Positions 52,837 to 63,004 of a stretch of DNA of 64,000 bases are shown here, in pieces (the stretch's first letter is position 1; the number at the start of each line of letters is the position of its first letter). The notes beneath the pieces were generated by a model. The model did no database searches. It saw only the letters and a list, made by a program, of their open reading frames with translations, and was not told where the DNA came from. The position numbers were made by a program, and so were the translations under genes. This DNA is from Chloroflexota bacterium (GTDB taxonomy: Bacteria > Chloroflexota > UBA11872 > VXNJ01). Location: contig OZ253449.1 in assembly GCA_965261345.1 (NCBI GenBank), forward strand, positions 608,001 through 672,000, read 5' to 3'.

Positions 52837-54042
52837 TTACCTTGGCGGCCGGACCGGAGCACCGGCGAGGAGACCCTTAAGTTCAGCGATGGAAGCCGAA
52901 TGTTCGCGGTCGCCATCCCAGTTGTCGGCGCCGTCTTGACCGAGCATGGATTCGATTTCTTCCAGCACTGGCAGCGGGCCACGACCCGCCTCGCTGGCGT
53001 CTTGCACCGTTAAAAGTCCGGAAACATCCAACTCGAAGCTGGCGGTGAGGGATCTCCCGTATTCACACAGGCTGGCCAGACCAGCCGCTCGCAGGGCGGC
53101 CGGCGTGGCACGCCCGTAAACGCGCATCACCAGTTCGGTCGCCGCGATCGCCGATTCGTCGATCATGCTACGGATTTCAGCATGGGCGTCAACCGATTCC
53201 AGAAGGCTAGCGGGCACCAAAACTTCGGCCACCGGTTGGCCGATCCCCGATTCGAATCGAATTTGCTGCACCCCGCCACGCGCCAACACCACCTTCGCAA
53301 ATCCACCTTCAGGGGCCGACCGTAGGGCGCTGCCCGGGGCCACGACCATGGTTTTTGCGGCCTGGTAACGCTGTGGCTTTCCATTGCCCCCGGTCACTAG
53401 GAGATCGATGCCATTAAGGGCGTTGACCGAATCGAGATCGATTCGCGGACCGGCGGCCGAAACCGGAGCCAGTTGCTCAACCAGGGCATCGGTAACTAGC
53501 ACATGACAGTCGCCGACCCGGGGAAAGTTGAGCTGCCGCAATGGATTGCCACCCGAAACGGCGCCCGCACCAGGGAGAGAGGAGAACGCCAACCGCAGAC
53601 CGCCCAGGCTAACCAGATGGGTATTTGGCGTACGGTCCAGGCACTCCACAAATCCCAGCTGCGACAAAAGGTCAAGGGCCGAGAGGGCGCCGCTGGGCGG
53701 AAGTTCGTAGGGTCCATGGATTGCAAAACTGGATATCCCGGCCTTGCCCAGTGCCTGCAGTCCGGCGGCGGCGGCGGCAATTTCGGCTGGTTCGGGGTCT
53801 GATCGGTCGAACAGGCCACCGGCGATCACGAGACCGTGGGCGCGGTTGGCGATGGCGTAGTTAACTACCGCACCGAATGCCAGCCGGCGCTCAAGCAGGG
53901 CACCCTCGCGCTGCTCAGGCGGCAACCAGCCTTTTGAGCGGCCAAGCCGCAGCCCGCCGGTAAGTATGAGGCGGGCAGCGCCGCCGGTAAGTATGAGGCG
54001 GGCAGCGCCGCCGGTTCGGCTCACGCCATTTAGGAAAGACAT
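52837..54042 (-). CDS. SbcD/Mre11-like metallophosphoesterase-fold protein lacking metal ligands
   Basis: Spacing of RLILTGGLRLG, VIAGGLFD, AIHGPYE, LLVTGG and APGS matches SbcD motifs; immediately upstream of SbcC-like gene. Confidence 0.75.
   Translation of the reverse strand: MSFLNGVSRTGGAARLILTGGAARLILTGGLRLGRSKGWLPPEQREGALLERRLAFGAVVNYAIANRAHGLVIAGGLFDRSDPEPAEIAAAAAGLQALGKAGISSFAIHGPYELPPSGALSALDLLSQLGFVECLDRTPNTHLVSLGGLRLAFSSLPGAGAVSGGNPLRQLNFPRVGDCHVLVTDALVEQLAPVSAAGPRIDLDSVNALNGIDLLVTGGNGKPQRYQAAKTMVVAPGSALRSAPEGGFAKVVLARGGVQQIRFESGIGQPVAEVLVPASLLESVDAHAEIRSMIDESAIAATELVMRVYGRATPAALRAAGLASLCEYGRSLTASFELDVSGLLTVQDASEAGRGPLPVLEEIESMLGQDGADNWDGDREHSASIAELKGLLAGAPVRPPR
53954..54015. repeat. 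27-bp in-frame tandem duplication
   Basis: CCGCCGGTAAGTATGAGGCGGGCAGCG twice plus CCGCCGGT; encodes (GGAARLILT)2. Confidence 0.95.
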
Positions 54043-54197
54043 TGCCACAGACTGCAATCGGATAGGACCGCGCCGACGCCTCTCCAAGCCGACTCTTTAA
54101 TGTTAGGAGCCTGATGCAAATCATTCGGCCGGAAACGCCAATAAAATCCAGCGCGCCCGTCCGAATCTGGGCAATTGAGCGGATCTGGTGATACGTA

Positions 54198-55253
54198 ATG
54201 GTGCAATTTCGATCGGATTTGAATTTACTTGAACCCTACGTCCCCGGGCTACAGCCCGAAGGGCCGGGGTGGATAAAACTCAACACCAACGAGTCCGGGC
54301 AGGCCTCTCCGGCCGCGCTGGCGGCGCTTTCGCAAATCGGCCCGGAAGCATTGTGCCGGTATCCGGAACCGACCGCCCGCCCATTGCGCCATGCACTTGC
54401 TAAACATTTCAACCTGAAAATCTCGCAAGTTGTGGTGGGCAACGGTTCGGATGACATTCTCAACCTGCTAATCCGAGCACTGTGCCAGCCCGGGCAGCTA
54501 GTGCTGTCCACCGATCCAGCCTATTCGCTCTACAGGGTTCTGGCCGCGACCCAGGGGGCCAAATACCTGGCGATTCCCTGCCTGCCCGGATTCGCCCTGG
54601 ACCTGCCAGCAATCTGCGTCCAGCGCCCGGCAATTACCTTAATTACCAGCCCCAACAACCCGGCCGGCACAGCCTACCCGGCCGAACAAATCGCCCGGAT
54701 CTGCCAGTGCGGCCATAACCTGGTGGTAGTCGACGAGGCTTACGCTGAGTTTTCCGACCAAAACACACTTGAACTGCTCGACCGCTATCCCAACCTGGCG
54801 GTCGTGCGCACGTTTTCCAAGGCTTACGGGTTGGCAGGCCTACGGGTTGGGTATCTGCTCGGTCCGGAGTCGCTGTGCGACGCAGCCATGGCAATCAAAG
54901 ATTCCTACAACGTGTCGGGCGCCGCCCAAATCGCCGCTTTGGCCGCGCTCGCAGACCAGGACTGGGCCCGGAACATGTGGGCCGAGGTGCGCCAACGCCG
55001 CCAAGCATTAATCGATCAACTGTCGAAGATCCCAGGCCTTAAGCCCCACCCGTCGCAGGCCAATTTCGTGCTGGTTGACTGCGGGCCGCACAATGCCCAG
55101 GAAGTGTACGCTCAACTACTGGAACGCAAAATCCTGGTGCGTTACCTAGGGGGCCTAAGCAGTGCCGAAAATGCAATCCGGATCACGATCGGCAGCGAGT
55201 CCGAGCTGTCGGCGCTGGTCGAGCAGCTCTGGCGAATTTGCCGTCCCCGATAG
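54198..55253 (+). CDS. hisC: Histidinol-phosphate aminotransferase
   Basis: IKLNTNES, RYP, GNGSDD, SPNNPAG, VDEAY, RTFSKAYGLAGLRVG. Confidence 0.93.
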   Translation: MVQFRSDLNLLEPYVPGLQPEGPGWIKLNTNESGQASPAALAALSQIGPEALCRYPEPTARPLRHALAKHFNLKISQVVVGNGSDDILNLLIRALCQPGQLVLSTDPAYSLYRVLAATQGAKYLAIPCLPGFALDLPAICVQRPAITLITSPNNPAGTAYPAEQIARICQCGHNLVVVDEAYAEFSDQNTLELLDRYPNLAVVRTFSKAYGLAGLRVGYLLGPESLCDAAMAIKDSYNVSGAAQIAALAALADQDWARNMWAEVRQRRQALIDQLSKIPGLKPHPSQANFVLVDCGPHNAQEVYAQLLERKILVRYLGGLSSAENAIRITIGSESELSALVEQLWRICRPR

Positions 55254-55392
55254 TTACCGAACCGGTTAATGGGGCCGGACCGGTCGGCGATAATTCTGCC
55301 GACTGATCTGACTGCAACTTACCTAATACCTTGTGCCCGGCCCTAGCCGGGCATTTCGTTGCACAGCCATTTCCAGATAGGACTGGTCAATC

Positions 55393-57528
55393 TTGGACGA
55401 TTTCGCGCTCTGGTTCATACCGATCGTCGTGGCGATTTCGCTGCTCTTTGCCGCGTACCTGGCAATTGATGTCCTCAAATCCGACAGTGGCGACGCTGGT
55501 ATGCAGGAAATCGGAGGATTCATATATGAAGGTGCGATGGCCTTCATTCGCCGTCAATACCGGACGATTGCCTTGCTGGCAATCGTGGTTGCGCTGGCCC
55601 TCTCGGCGATCGTTGGCCTGTTTGGCGGAGAAGAACTTCCCGACGGCGGCCGGATCGACGGAATTGAAATCGCCTGGCGGACCGGTTTGGCCTTCATCAT
55701 CGGGGCAACCATGTCGGCGATTGCCGGAATCATCGGCCTGGTGACTGCGGTCAAGTCCAACGTCCGCACCGCTTCGGCCGCCACCCGTTCGCTGGGCGAG
55801 GCGTTGCGGATTGGCCTGCGTGGCGGAGCAGTTACCGGCTTTACGGTCACCAGCCTGAGTCTGCTCGGCGTCTACGTGCTGTACCTGGCCTACGGCGGCC
55901 TGGATGATCCGCAAACAACGCCCTTCCTCATCGTCGGATACGGATTCGGCGCCAGCTTCGTAGCTCTGTTTGCGCTGCTCGGTGGGGGTATCTACACCAA
56001 GGCGGCGGACGTAGCGGCTGATTTGGTGGGCAAGGTCGAGGCAGGAATTCCTGAAGACGATCCCCGCAACGCGGCGGTCGTCGCCGACCTGGTCGGCGAC
56101 AACGTCGGCGACTGCGCCGGACGCGGGGCCGACTTGTTCGAGTCGACCGCCGCCGAGAACATCGGCTCGATGATTCTGGGAGTCTCACTCTACCTGGCCG
56201 ACCCCGGCCATTCGCTATCTTGGATCCTCTTTCCACTAGTGGTCAGAGCAGTCGGAATCCTGGCCTCGCTGATCGGCCTGTTGGCGGTTCGCGGGGGGAC
56301 AGTTTCGAGCGCCCAACGCAATCTGGACATAGGTTTCTGGACTACCGCCGTGCTCTCGATCGCCGGATTGGCAGTGGTCACCCTGAATATGCTTGGCAGC
56401 CTCTGGCTGCTGGCCGCCGGGGCCACCGGGATCGTGACTACGATCCTCTTCTACTACCTCACCCAGTACTACACAGCCGGTGAATGGCGGCCGGTGCGCA
56501 ACATCGCCGAGGCCTCCCGCACTGGCCCGGCCACCTTGATCATCGCCGGATTCGCAATCGGGTTCGAGACCACCGCGCTGCCGGTGCTGGTGCTCTGCGG
56601 AGCGTTGGGTGGATCCTACTTCTTCGGCGTCCAGGCGATGTCCGAACTGGGCCTGCAGGTTTCGTCCGAATTTGTCGGCGGCGTTTACGGGACCGCAGTG
56701 GCCACAATGGGCATGCTGATGTCGGCAGCCTATATCCTGGCAATGGATACCTTCGGGCCCATCTCCGACAACGCCGGCGGGATCGCGCAGTTTTCGGGTG
56801 CCGGAAAAGAAACTCGCGACATCACCGACAACCTGGATTCAGTCGGTAACACCACTAAGGCGCTCACCAAGGGGTACGCGGTGGGGTCGGCGGCATTGAC
56901 CGCCTTCGTATTGCTGTCGGCGTTCATTCAGAAGGCCGACATTGTCTCGGGAGTGATCAATCTGGCCGACGTACGGGTTTTTATCGGCGCTTTCCTGGGA
57001 GCGATGGTCGTCTACCTCTTTTGTGCGATGGCAATTCGGGCGGTCGGAGTTTCTTCAAGCACCATCATTGAGGAAGTTCGCCGTCAGTTTCGCGAGCACC
57101 CCGGCATCATGACCGGAGACGAAAAGCCTGAGTACGGACAAGCGGTCGACATAGCGGCCGCCTCGGCCCTGCGCAACATGATTCTGCCGGGGTTGCTCCC
57201 GGTTGTAGCGCCGGTGGCGGTCGGTCTGATCCTGCGTGCGGAAGCGGCCGCCGGATTCCTTATGATCGGGGCCATATCCGGGGTAGTGCTGGCCTTGGTA
57301 TTAAACAACGGTGGCGGGGCTTGGGACAACGCCAAGAAGTACATTGAAGCCGGCAATTTGAAGGACTCTGAGGGGAATGCGATCCCCAAGGGGTCCAACG
57401 AACACGCCGCGGCGATAGTTGGCGATACCGTTGGTGACCCATTCAAGGACACCGCTGGGCCATCGCTCAACGTCCTGATTAAGATCCTTAGCACGATCAC
57501 CCTGGTGCTCACTCCGCTGTTCATCTAA
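55393..57528 (+). CDS. hppA: Membrane-bound pyrophosphatase, predicted K+-independent H+-pumping type
   Basis: GGGIYTKAADV, DLVGKVE, EDDPRN, DNVGD, GNTTKA (Lys signature), GDTVGDPFKDTAGP. Confidence 0.96.
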   Translation: MDDFALWFIPIVVAISLLFAAYLAIDVLKSDSGDAGMQEIGGFIYEGAMAFIRRQYRTIALLAIVVALALSAIVGLFGGEELPDGGRIDGIEIAWRTGLAFIIGATMSAIAGIIGLVTAVKSNVRTASAATRSLGEALRIGLRGGAVTGFTVTSLSLLGVYVLYLAYGGLDDPQTTPFLIVGYGFGASFVALFALLGGGIYTKAADVAADLVGKVEAGIPEDDPRNAAVVADLVGDNVGDCAGRGADLFESTAAENIGSMILGVSLYLADPGHSLSWILFPLVVRAVGILASLIGLLAVRGGTVSSAQRNLDIGFWTTAVLSIAGLAVVTLNMLGSLWLLAAGATGIVTTILFYYLTQYYTAGEWRPVRNIAEASRTGPATLIIAGFAIGFETTALPVLVLCGALGGSYFFGVQAMSELGLQVSSEFVGGVYGTAVATMGMLMSAAYILAMDTFGPISDNAGGIAQFSGAGKETRDITDNLDSVGNTTKALTKGYAVGSAALTAFVLLSAFIQKADIVSGVINLADVRVFIGAFLGAMVVYLFCAMAIRAVGVSSSTIIEEVRRQFREHPGIMTGDEKPEYGQAVDIAAASALRNMILPGLLPVVAPVAVGLILRAEAAAGFLMIGAISGVVLALVLNNGGGAWDNAKKYIEAGNLKDSEGNAIPKGSNEHAAAIVGDTVGDPFKDTAGPSLNVLIKILSTITLVLTPLFI

Positions 57529-57574
57529 CCCTTTGGCGAAAGGCCGAGGGATGATTCCGCCTCCGGCGTAGGCG

Positions 57575-58405
57575 ATGCCGATGGAGGGTACCGATTTGAT
57601 CTGGGCGGTCCTGCTGGGACTGATTCAGGGAATTACCGAATTCGTACCGGTTTCCTCCTCTGCCCACCTGCTGCTGTTGCCGCAGATCTTTGGTGTGGAG
57701 CACAAGCTACTAAATTCGCTCGACTACTCGATCGCCCTGCACTTGGGCACGGCGATTGCCATCACCGCGGCGATGGCGCCGGCCTGGATCCGGCTTTTGC
57801 GCTCCGGACTGGGGCCTGAAATGGGTCGCTTCAACCAGCGGCGCGGCGATCGTCGGTTGATTGCGGCCATTGCCGTCGCCACCCTGGTTACCGGTGGTGC
57901 CGGAGTCATCTTGAGCGAGGCGGCGGGCGGCGTTCTGCGAAATCCGGCACTGGCCGGTGGCGCCCTGTTGGTGGGTGGAATATTGCTTTTTCTGGCCGAT
58001 CGCACCGAGCGGGGCGGGGCCAATCCCAATTTCTGGAGGTTGGCAATTACCGGATCGGCGCAAATCTTGGCCCTAATTCCGGGAGTTTCGCGCTCCGGGG
58101 CCATCTATGCGGTGGGGCGCTACCTGGGCATGGGGCGAGCCGCCGCGATTGAATTTGCGTTTTTGCTGATGGCGCCAACCGTGGTTGGCGCCGCCCTGTA
58201 TCGGCTGCCAACCCTGATCACCGCAGATGAATTTGCCGGTGACGGAATCGGCCTGCTTGTGGCAGGGATGATCGCGGCAACCGGGTCGGGGTTTTTGGTC
58301 GCCCACCAACTGCCGCGCTACATCGCCGGCCGTGGTGTCGCAGCCTTCTGCCTCTACCGTATTGTGCTCGGCGCGATCGTCATGGCCTGGCTGCTGGCCG
58401 GATAG
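57575..58405 (+). CDS. uppP: Undecaprenyl-diphosphate phosphatase
   Basis: QGITEFVPVSSSAH, LHLGT, ALIPGVSRSG. Confidence 0.95.
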   Translation: MPMEGTDLIWAVLLGLIQGITEFVPVSSSAHLLLLPQIFGVEHKLLNSLDYSIALHLGTAIAITAAMAPAWIRLLRSGLGPEMGRFNQRRGDRRLIAAIAVATLVTGGAGVILSEAAGGVLRNPALAGGALLVGGILLFLADRTERGGANPNFWRLAITGSAQILALIPGVSRSGAIYAVGRYLGMGRAAAIEFAFLLMAPTVVGAALYRLPTLITADEFAGDGIGLLVAGMIAATGSGFLVAHQLPRYIAGRGVAAFCLYRIVLGAIVMAWLLAG

Positions 58406-58421
58406 CAAAAATTCCGATTGG

Positions 58422-59582
58422 TCAACGCCGGCGGCGCAGCTGGGTTGAGGATACGTCCAGGCGGAACGCCGATGGCGGCAGCGCCCTAAACAAATCGGCG
58501 GCCGGGCTAAAGTCCAACTCGTACACGCCAATATATTTGCCAGCGATCGCCCGCCCGGCAACCAAAAAGGAATTCCCGTTGGCCGAGATTTCGGCCAACG
58601 CCGCAACCATGGCCGCCCGATTTGCACCGTAGTAGGTTGGATCGACAACTCGGATCGCAGTGTCAGCACCGATGACGAATGCGGCGCCCGGAAAGAGCCG
58701 GGATTTTTCGACAAAGGTCGGTGCCGAATCGATAACGATCGGCCGCCGGCCGCTCAGCTGGTCCACTCGCAGGGCAACCTCGGCTCGCGCCAGATCGGGT
58801 TTGTCAACATTAGTCAGCGACAGTTCAAGCGCCACCGGTACTCCCAGTTCGGTTTCGGCGGCGTCCGCCAGTCCCAGGTGCCCGCAATGGAGCGGATCAA
58901 ATGATCCTGGTAGCAGCGCCCGCGGCACCGCCCCGGCTGCCGACCAACGCCCCGATCGGTCGCAGCTGGCATGGGCCAGTTGCTTGCCCGCGACGCGGCC
59001 GATCCAGTAATCGCGGTCGGGCGGATCCTCAGCTAGCGGAAGATCCGAACCCGCCGTGAGCCGATCACCTGCATCGCCCAAACCAGCCAGGCGGGCCGCC
59101 TGCAATACCGCCCGGCCGGCCAATTGTTCCTGGCCGGACCGGTCGCGGGCCAGGGCGCCCACATCCATTCGCCAGGCCCGGGTGCCGCTCGGACCAATGG
59201 CAGCAATGTGCACGCGATCGGCCCCCGCGCGCGATCGGATGGTTGTGAGCGCCCCGCTGGCGCCTACCGCCACCAGATCCTTCTGTTCGGCGGTCCGGCC
59301 GCCGCGCGCCGCCGCCAGGGCGGCGTGGGCCAAATCCATGGCCGCCGCCGGCGAGCAATGCCCGCCTTCAGCCGGCGACACCGCGCGCACCCCTGCCACT
59401 GCTGCCGGCGAATAGGCAAGGCTGGCCGAGATGAGAACCGCCGACGCTCCGGGGCAGCCGGCGAGCGCGGCGATCGCCGACGAGCCGCCGCCGGCCAGCG
59501 CCAACGCAAGGCCGAGTTCGGCGTTGGCAAATGCCGTTAGCAGGTCGGCGGCAACCGCCGGGCTGCATTGCTGTCCGGTCAA
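58422..59582 (-). CDS. CinA-C-like / nucleotidyltransferase (NadD-like) fusion protein
   Basis: N-terminal AGGGS...PGAS...CSPAAAMDLA; C-terminal PGSFDPLHCGH, NVDKP, FVEKS, IGADT, VSSTQLR. Confidence 0.75.
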   Translation of the reverse strand: MTGQQCSPAVAADLLTAFANAELGLALALAGGGSSAIAALAGCPGASAVLISASLAYSPAAVAGVRAVSPAEGGHCSPAAAMDLAHAALAAARGGRTAEQKDLVAVGASGALTTIRSRAGADRVHIAAIGPSGTRAWRMDVGALARDRSGQEQLAGRAVLQAARLAGLGDAGDRLTAGSDLPLAEDPPDRDYWIGRVAGKQLAHASCDRSGRWSAAGAVPRALLPGSFDPLHCGHLGLADAAETELGVPVALELSLTNVDKPDLARAEVALRVDQLSGRRPIVIDSAPTFVEKSRLFPGAAFVIGADTAIRVVDPTYYGANRAAMVAALAEISANGNSFLVAGRAIAGKYIGVYELDFSPAADLFRALPPSAFRLDVSSTQLRRRR

Positions 59583-59651
59583 ATCATCGCAAGGCGCTAT
59601 GGCGCCCAGCCGGTTGCCGGAATTTGGAAGAACCCGGTCACCCTAGGCAGC

Positions 59652-60623
59652 CTAAAGCCGGTCGTAGACCTCCGGATTGACCACCGCCTCGGGACGGCCT
59701 CCTCTTAGGAATTCGGCAGTCGCAGAGTGGCAGAGAGCCCCGATGCGATGGAAGGATTCGTGGGTGTTTGATGCGGTATGCGGAGTCAGGACAGCGTTTT
59801 CAATTTCAAAAAGCGGGTTGTTAGGTTCCGGCGGCTCGACCGTATACACGTCCAGTCCGACGCCGGCGATGCGCCCATCCCGCAATGCATCGACAAGTGC
59901 AGACTCGTCAATTACCGCTCCGCGGGAATTATTGACCACGTAGGCGGTTGGCTTCAAAAGCGCGATCATCTCACGTGAAATCAATCCGACCGTGTCGTCG
60001 GTTAACGTGGCATGCAGGGTGACCACGTCCGATCGCGCCATCAGTTCATCCAGTTCCACGAAGTGACCGCTGAGCCCAGCCGCGGTCAAGCGGGCTGGAT
60101 CGGGACTGGCTGTGTACACCAAGAGATTCATGCCCAGCCCCAATTGGCAAATCCGGGCGACCCGTGATCCAATCTCGCCAAAACCGACGATCCCCACCGT
60201 TTTGCCGCCAAGCTCACGGCCCAGGAGCTTAGGCCGCAGTTCAAATCCCTCCACCCGCACTGAGCGATCCAGGCGGGAGAGGTTGCAACTGGCCGCCAGC
60301 ATCAGCGCGACCGTCTGCTCGGCCACCGATTGAGCATTGACCTTGGGCGAAAAAAATATCGGGATATTGCGCGCCGTGGCGGCAGCCACGTCGATGTTGT
60401 CGTAACCGGCGCCGAAGCGATCGATCGCCAGCAAGCCGGTCGCGGATGCAATGACTTCGGCGGTGATCGGCTCGGTCCCGCAGATGATCACGTTGGCATC
60501 TTGGGCCTCCCGGATCAATACCTCGACATCGTTGCTGTGAACCAGCCGGATTTGGCCGAGTTCGCGCAGGACTGCCAATTCGGGCTCCGGCATCGGATAG
60601 GTCTGGAGGAATTGGTAGTTCAT
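59652..60623 (-). CDS. D-2-hydroxyacid dehydrogenase (SerA-like, no ACT domain)
   Basis: RFGAGYDNID, NAQSVAE, GFGEIG, NSRG, DVYTVEP, TPH. Confidence 0.9.
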   Translation of the reverse strand: MNYQFLQTYPMPEPELAVLRELGQIRLVHSNDVEVLIREAQDANVIICGTEPITAEVIASATGLLAIDRFGAGYDNIDVAAATARNIPIFFSPKVNAQSVAEQTVALMLAASCNLSRLDRSVRVEGFELRPKLLGRELGGKTVGIVGFGEIGSRVARICQLGLGMNLLVYTASPDPARLTAAGLSGHFVELDELMARSDVVTLHATLTDDTVGLISREMIALLKPTAYVVNNSRGAVIDESALVDALRDGRIAGVGLDVYTVEPPEPNNPLFEIENAVLTPHTASNTHESFHRIGALCHSATAEFLRGGRPEAVVNPEVYDRL

Positions 60624-60642
60624 TGCCGATTGGTCCTGTTAA

Positions 60643-61650
60643 CTAGGTAAATTCCGAAATCTGTCGGATCAAATCAAAACGCTCAAGCGCAATTCCGGTG
60701 CCCAGGGCCACGCAGAGCAGCGGTTGCTCGGCACGAAAGCACGGAATTTCAGTCTCGATCGAGATCAGAGTGTCCATATTGTGGAGCAAGCATCCACCGC
60801 CAGAAAGGACGATACCGTTGTCAACGATGTCGGCGGCGATTTCCGGCGGAGACTGCTCGAGCACCGATTTGACCCCGCGCACGAGGTCTGCAAGCGGATC
60901 CTGCAGGGCCTCGTGGATCTGATACGGCTGCACCTGCATTGACGATGGCAATCCGGTCTGCATGTCGAGCCCCTTGACCTCGGCCGCCTCGCCGCCCACC
61001 GGGGCAGTCGCCGAACCCAAGGTCATCTTCAACTGCTCGGCGGTGCGATTGCCAATCTGGAAGTTGAAGTTGCGACGCAAGTAGTTGATGATCGCCTCAT
61101 CAAATCTGATCCCGGCCACCCGCAGCGAGCGCGAGGCCACGATTCCCGAGAGCGACAGAATTGCGATCTCGGCGGTGCCGCCGCCGATATTTACGATCAT
61201 CGAGCCGAATGGCTCCTGCACCGGCAAACGAGCGCCGAGCGCGGCCGCCAGCGATTCGGGGATTAAAACTGATGAACGGCAGCCGGCCGCCAATGCGGCG
61301 TCGCGCACCGCCCGTCTTTCCACGCCGGTGGCTTCGGCCGGCACCGAGATGATCACATCCGGCTGTAGTAATCGCAGTCGCCCGCAGGTGCGGCGCACGA
61401 AATATCCGAGCATCGCTTCGGTGACCAGGTAATCGGCGATTACCCCATCGCGCAGCGGGCTGGTGATCTCCATCCTGTCGGGGGTGCGGCCGATCATTTC
61501 ATAAGCCTGCGCTCCGACCGCAACGATCTTACGTCCGGGTTTGCTTACCGCCACAACCGAAGGTTCGCGCAGGACCACCCCGCGACCGCGCATGTAGACC
61601 ACCACGTTTACGGTTCCCAGGTCGATCCCGAGCCGTCGCTGCGAAATCAT
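60643..61650 (-). CDS. mreB: Rod shape-determining protein MreB/Mbl
   Basis: GIDLGTVN, EPSVVA, PLRDGVIAD, NIGGGT, SGGG. Confidence 0.95.
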   Translation of the reverse strand: MISQRRLGIDLGTVNVVVYMRGRGVVLREPSVVAVSKPGRKIVAVGAQAYEMIGRTPDRMEITSPLRDGVIADYLVTEAMLGYFVRRTCGRLRLLQPDVIISVPAEATGVERRAVRDAALAAGCRSSVLIPESLAAALGARLPVQEPFGSMIVNIGGGTAEIAILSLSGIVASRSLRVAGIRFDEAIINYLRRNFNFQIGNRTAEQLKMTLGSATAPVGGEAAEVKGLDMQTGLPSSMQVQPYQIHEALQDPLADLVRGVKSVLEQSPPEIAADIVDNGIVLSGGGCLLHNMDTLISIETEIPCFRAEQPLLCVALGTGIALERFDLIRQISEFT

Positions 61651-61674
61651 GGCTATCCCGGTACCCTTTGGCGG

Positions 61675-62979
61675 TCAATCATAGGTGAGTGCGATTTCGG
61701 CCCCAAGGGCGGCCAAATCGCCGGCCAGGTCTTCGTAACCACGATCGATAAACGAGACGCCGGTGAGCAGCGACGGCCCGTCGGCCACCAACGCGGCAAT
61801 AGTCAGTGCCGCTCCGGCCCGTAGATCGCGGGCAAGCTGCAGCTGCGAACCCCGCAGATTCTGGGGGCCCGCGATTACCGCGCCGGACGTGGATCGTTCG
61901 ATCCTGGCTCCAAATTGCTCAAGCCCCACCAGGTAGCCGAAGCGGTTTTCAAACACCCGGTCGGAAATCGTGCTTTGGCCGGTTGCCTGGGTCAAAAGCG
62001 CCCCCATTTCAGCCTGCTTATCGGTTGGAAATCCTGGGTGCGGCATGCTCTGGACGTCAACCGCCCGAAGATTTCCGTTGGCCGAAACTACGACCGAGTC
62101 ACCCTCATGGAATATGTCAACTCCGGCTTCTTCCAGCTTTAGGAGGACCGGTTCCAGATCGTCGCGAACCACGTCATCGAGGACGACCTCGCCACCGCAG
62201 GCGGCAGTTGCGATCGCGATCGTTCCGGCAACCATTCGATCGGGCATTGCCCGATAGCCGGCGCCGAAGAGACGTCTTCGTCCAAACACACTAATCACCG
62301 AGGTGCCAACGCCACGAATGTCAGCGCCCATGGCGGCCAGGAAGCGGCAGAGATGGAGAACCTCGGGTTCGCGCGAAGCATTTACGATCACTGTTGCCCC
62401 GTCGGCCAGGGTTGCGGCCATGATCAGGTTCTCTGTGCCGGTGTGCGACGGGTAGTCAAGGTAGATCCGCTGCCCCCGCAACGTCCCGGCGGCGATGTCA
62501 AATCCGCCGGCCGCCTGATCTATCAGCGCCCCCATCCGGGCAAATCCGTCAAGGTCGACATTTACCGGGCGGCGGCCTATCTCGCATCCCCCAGGAGCGA
62601 TGACCACAACCCGCCCGAATCGGGCCAGCAGCGGACCGGTCACAAGGAACGACGCCCGCATTTGAGCCACCAGATCGGGATCCGGTTCCAGCGAGGAAAT
62701 GTTGGCGGCGGTAATCGTGAGGCGTTTCTGCTCTCGGTCGTAGTCGACCACCGCCCCGAGTTGGGCGAGCAGCTCGACCATCGTTTCGACGTCAATGATC
62801 GCGGGTACGTTGGTAAGGTGGCAGGTTTCCTCGGTCAGCAGCGTGGCGGCCATCATCGGCAGAATCGCGTTTTTGGCGCCAGGCACGGTAAAAACACCCT
62901 GCAACCGGTTGCGCCCACCACCGACGCTGTACTGAGTTACGCCGGTCTGCCGACCGGCATTTAATCGCGTCGCCACCAC
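61675..62979 (-). CDS. murA: UDP-N-acetylglucosamine 1-carboxyvinyltransferase
   Basis: GAKNA, MRAS, PGGCEIGRRP (catalytic Cys), HPGFPTD, FENRF, DLRAGA, IDRGYE. Confidence 0.96.
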   Translation of the reverse strand: MVATRLNAGRQTGVTQYSVGGGRNRLQGVFTVPGAKNAILPMMAATLLTEETCHLTNVPAIIDVETMVELLAQLGAVVDYDREQKRLTITAANISSLEPDPDLVAQMRASFLVTGPLLARFGRVVVIAPGGCEIGRRPVNVDLDGFARMGALIDQAAGGFDIAAGTLRGQRIYLDYPSHTGTENLIMAATLADGATVIVNASREPEVLHLCRFLAAMGADIRGVGTSVISVFGRRRLFGAGYRAMPDRMVAGTIAIATAACGGEVVLDDVVRDDLEPVLLKLEEAGVDIFHEGDSVVVSANGNLRAVDVQSMPHPGFPTDKQAEMGALLTQATGQSTISDRVFENRFGYLVGLEQFGARIERSTSGAVIAGPQNLRGSQLQLARDLRAGAALTIAALVADGPSLLTGVSFIDRGYEDLAGDLAALGAEIALTYD

Positions 62980-63004
62980 CTGCCCCGCAGTTTTTATCGA
63001 ACTA

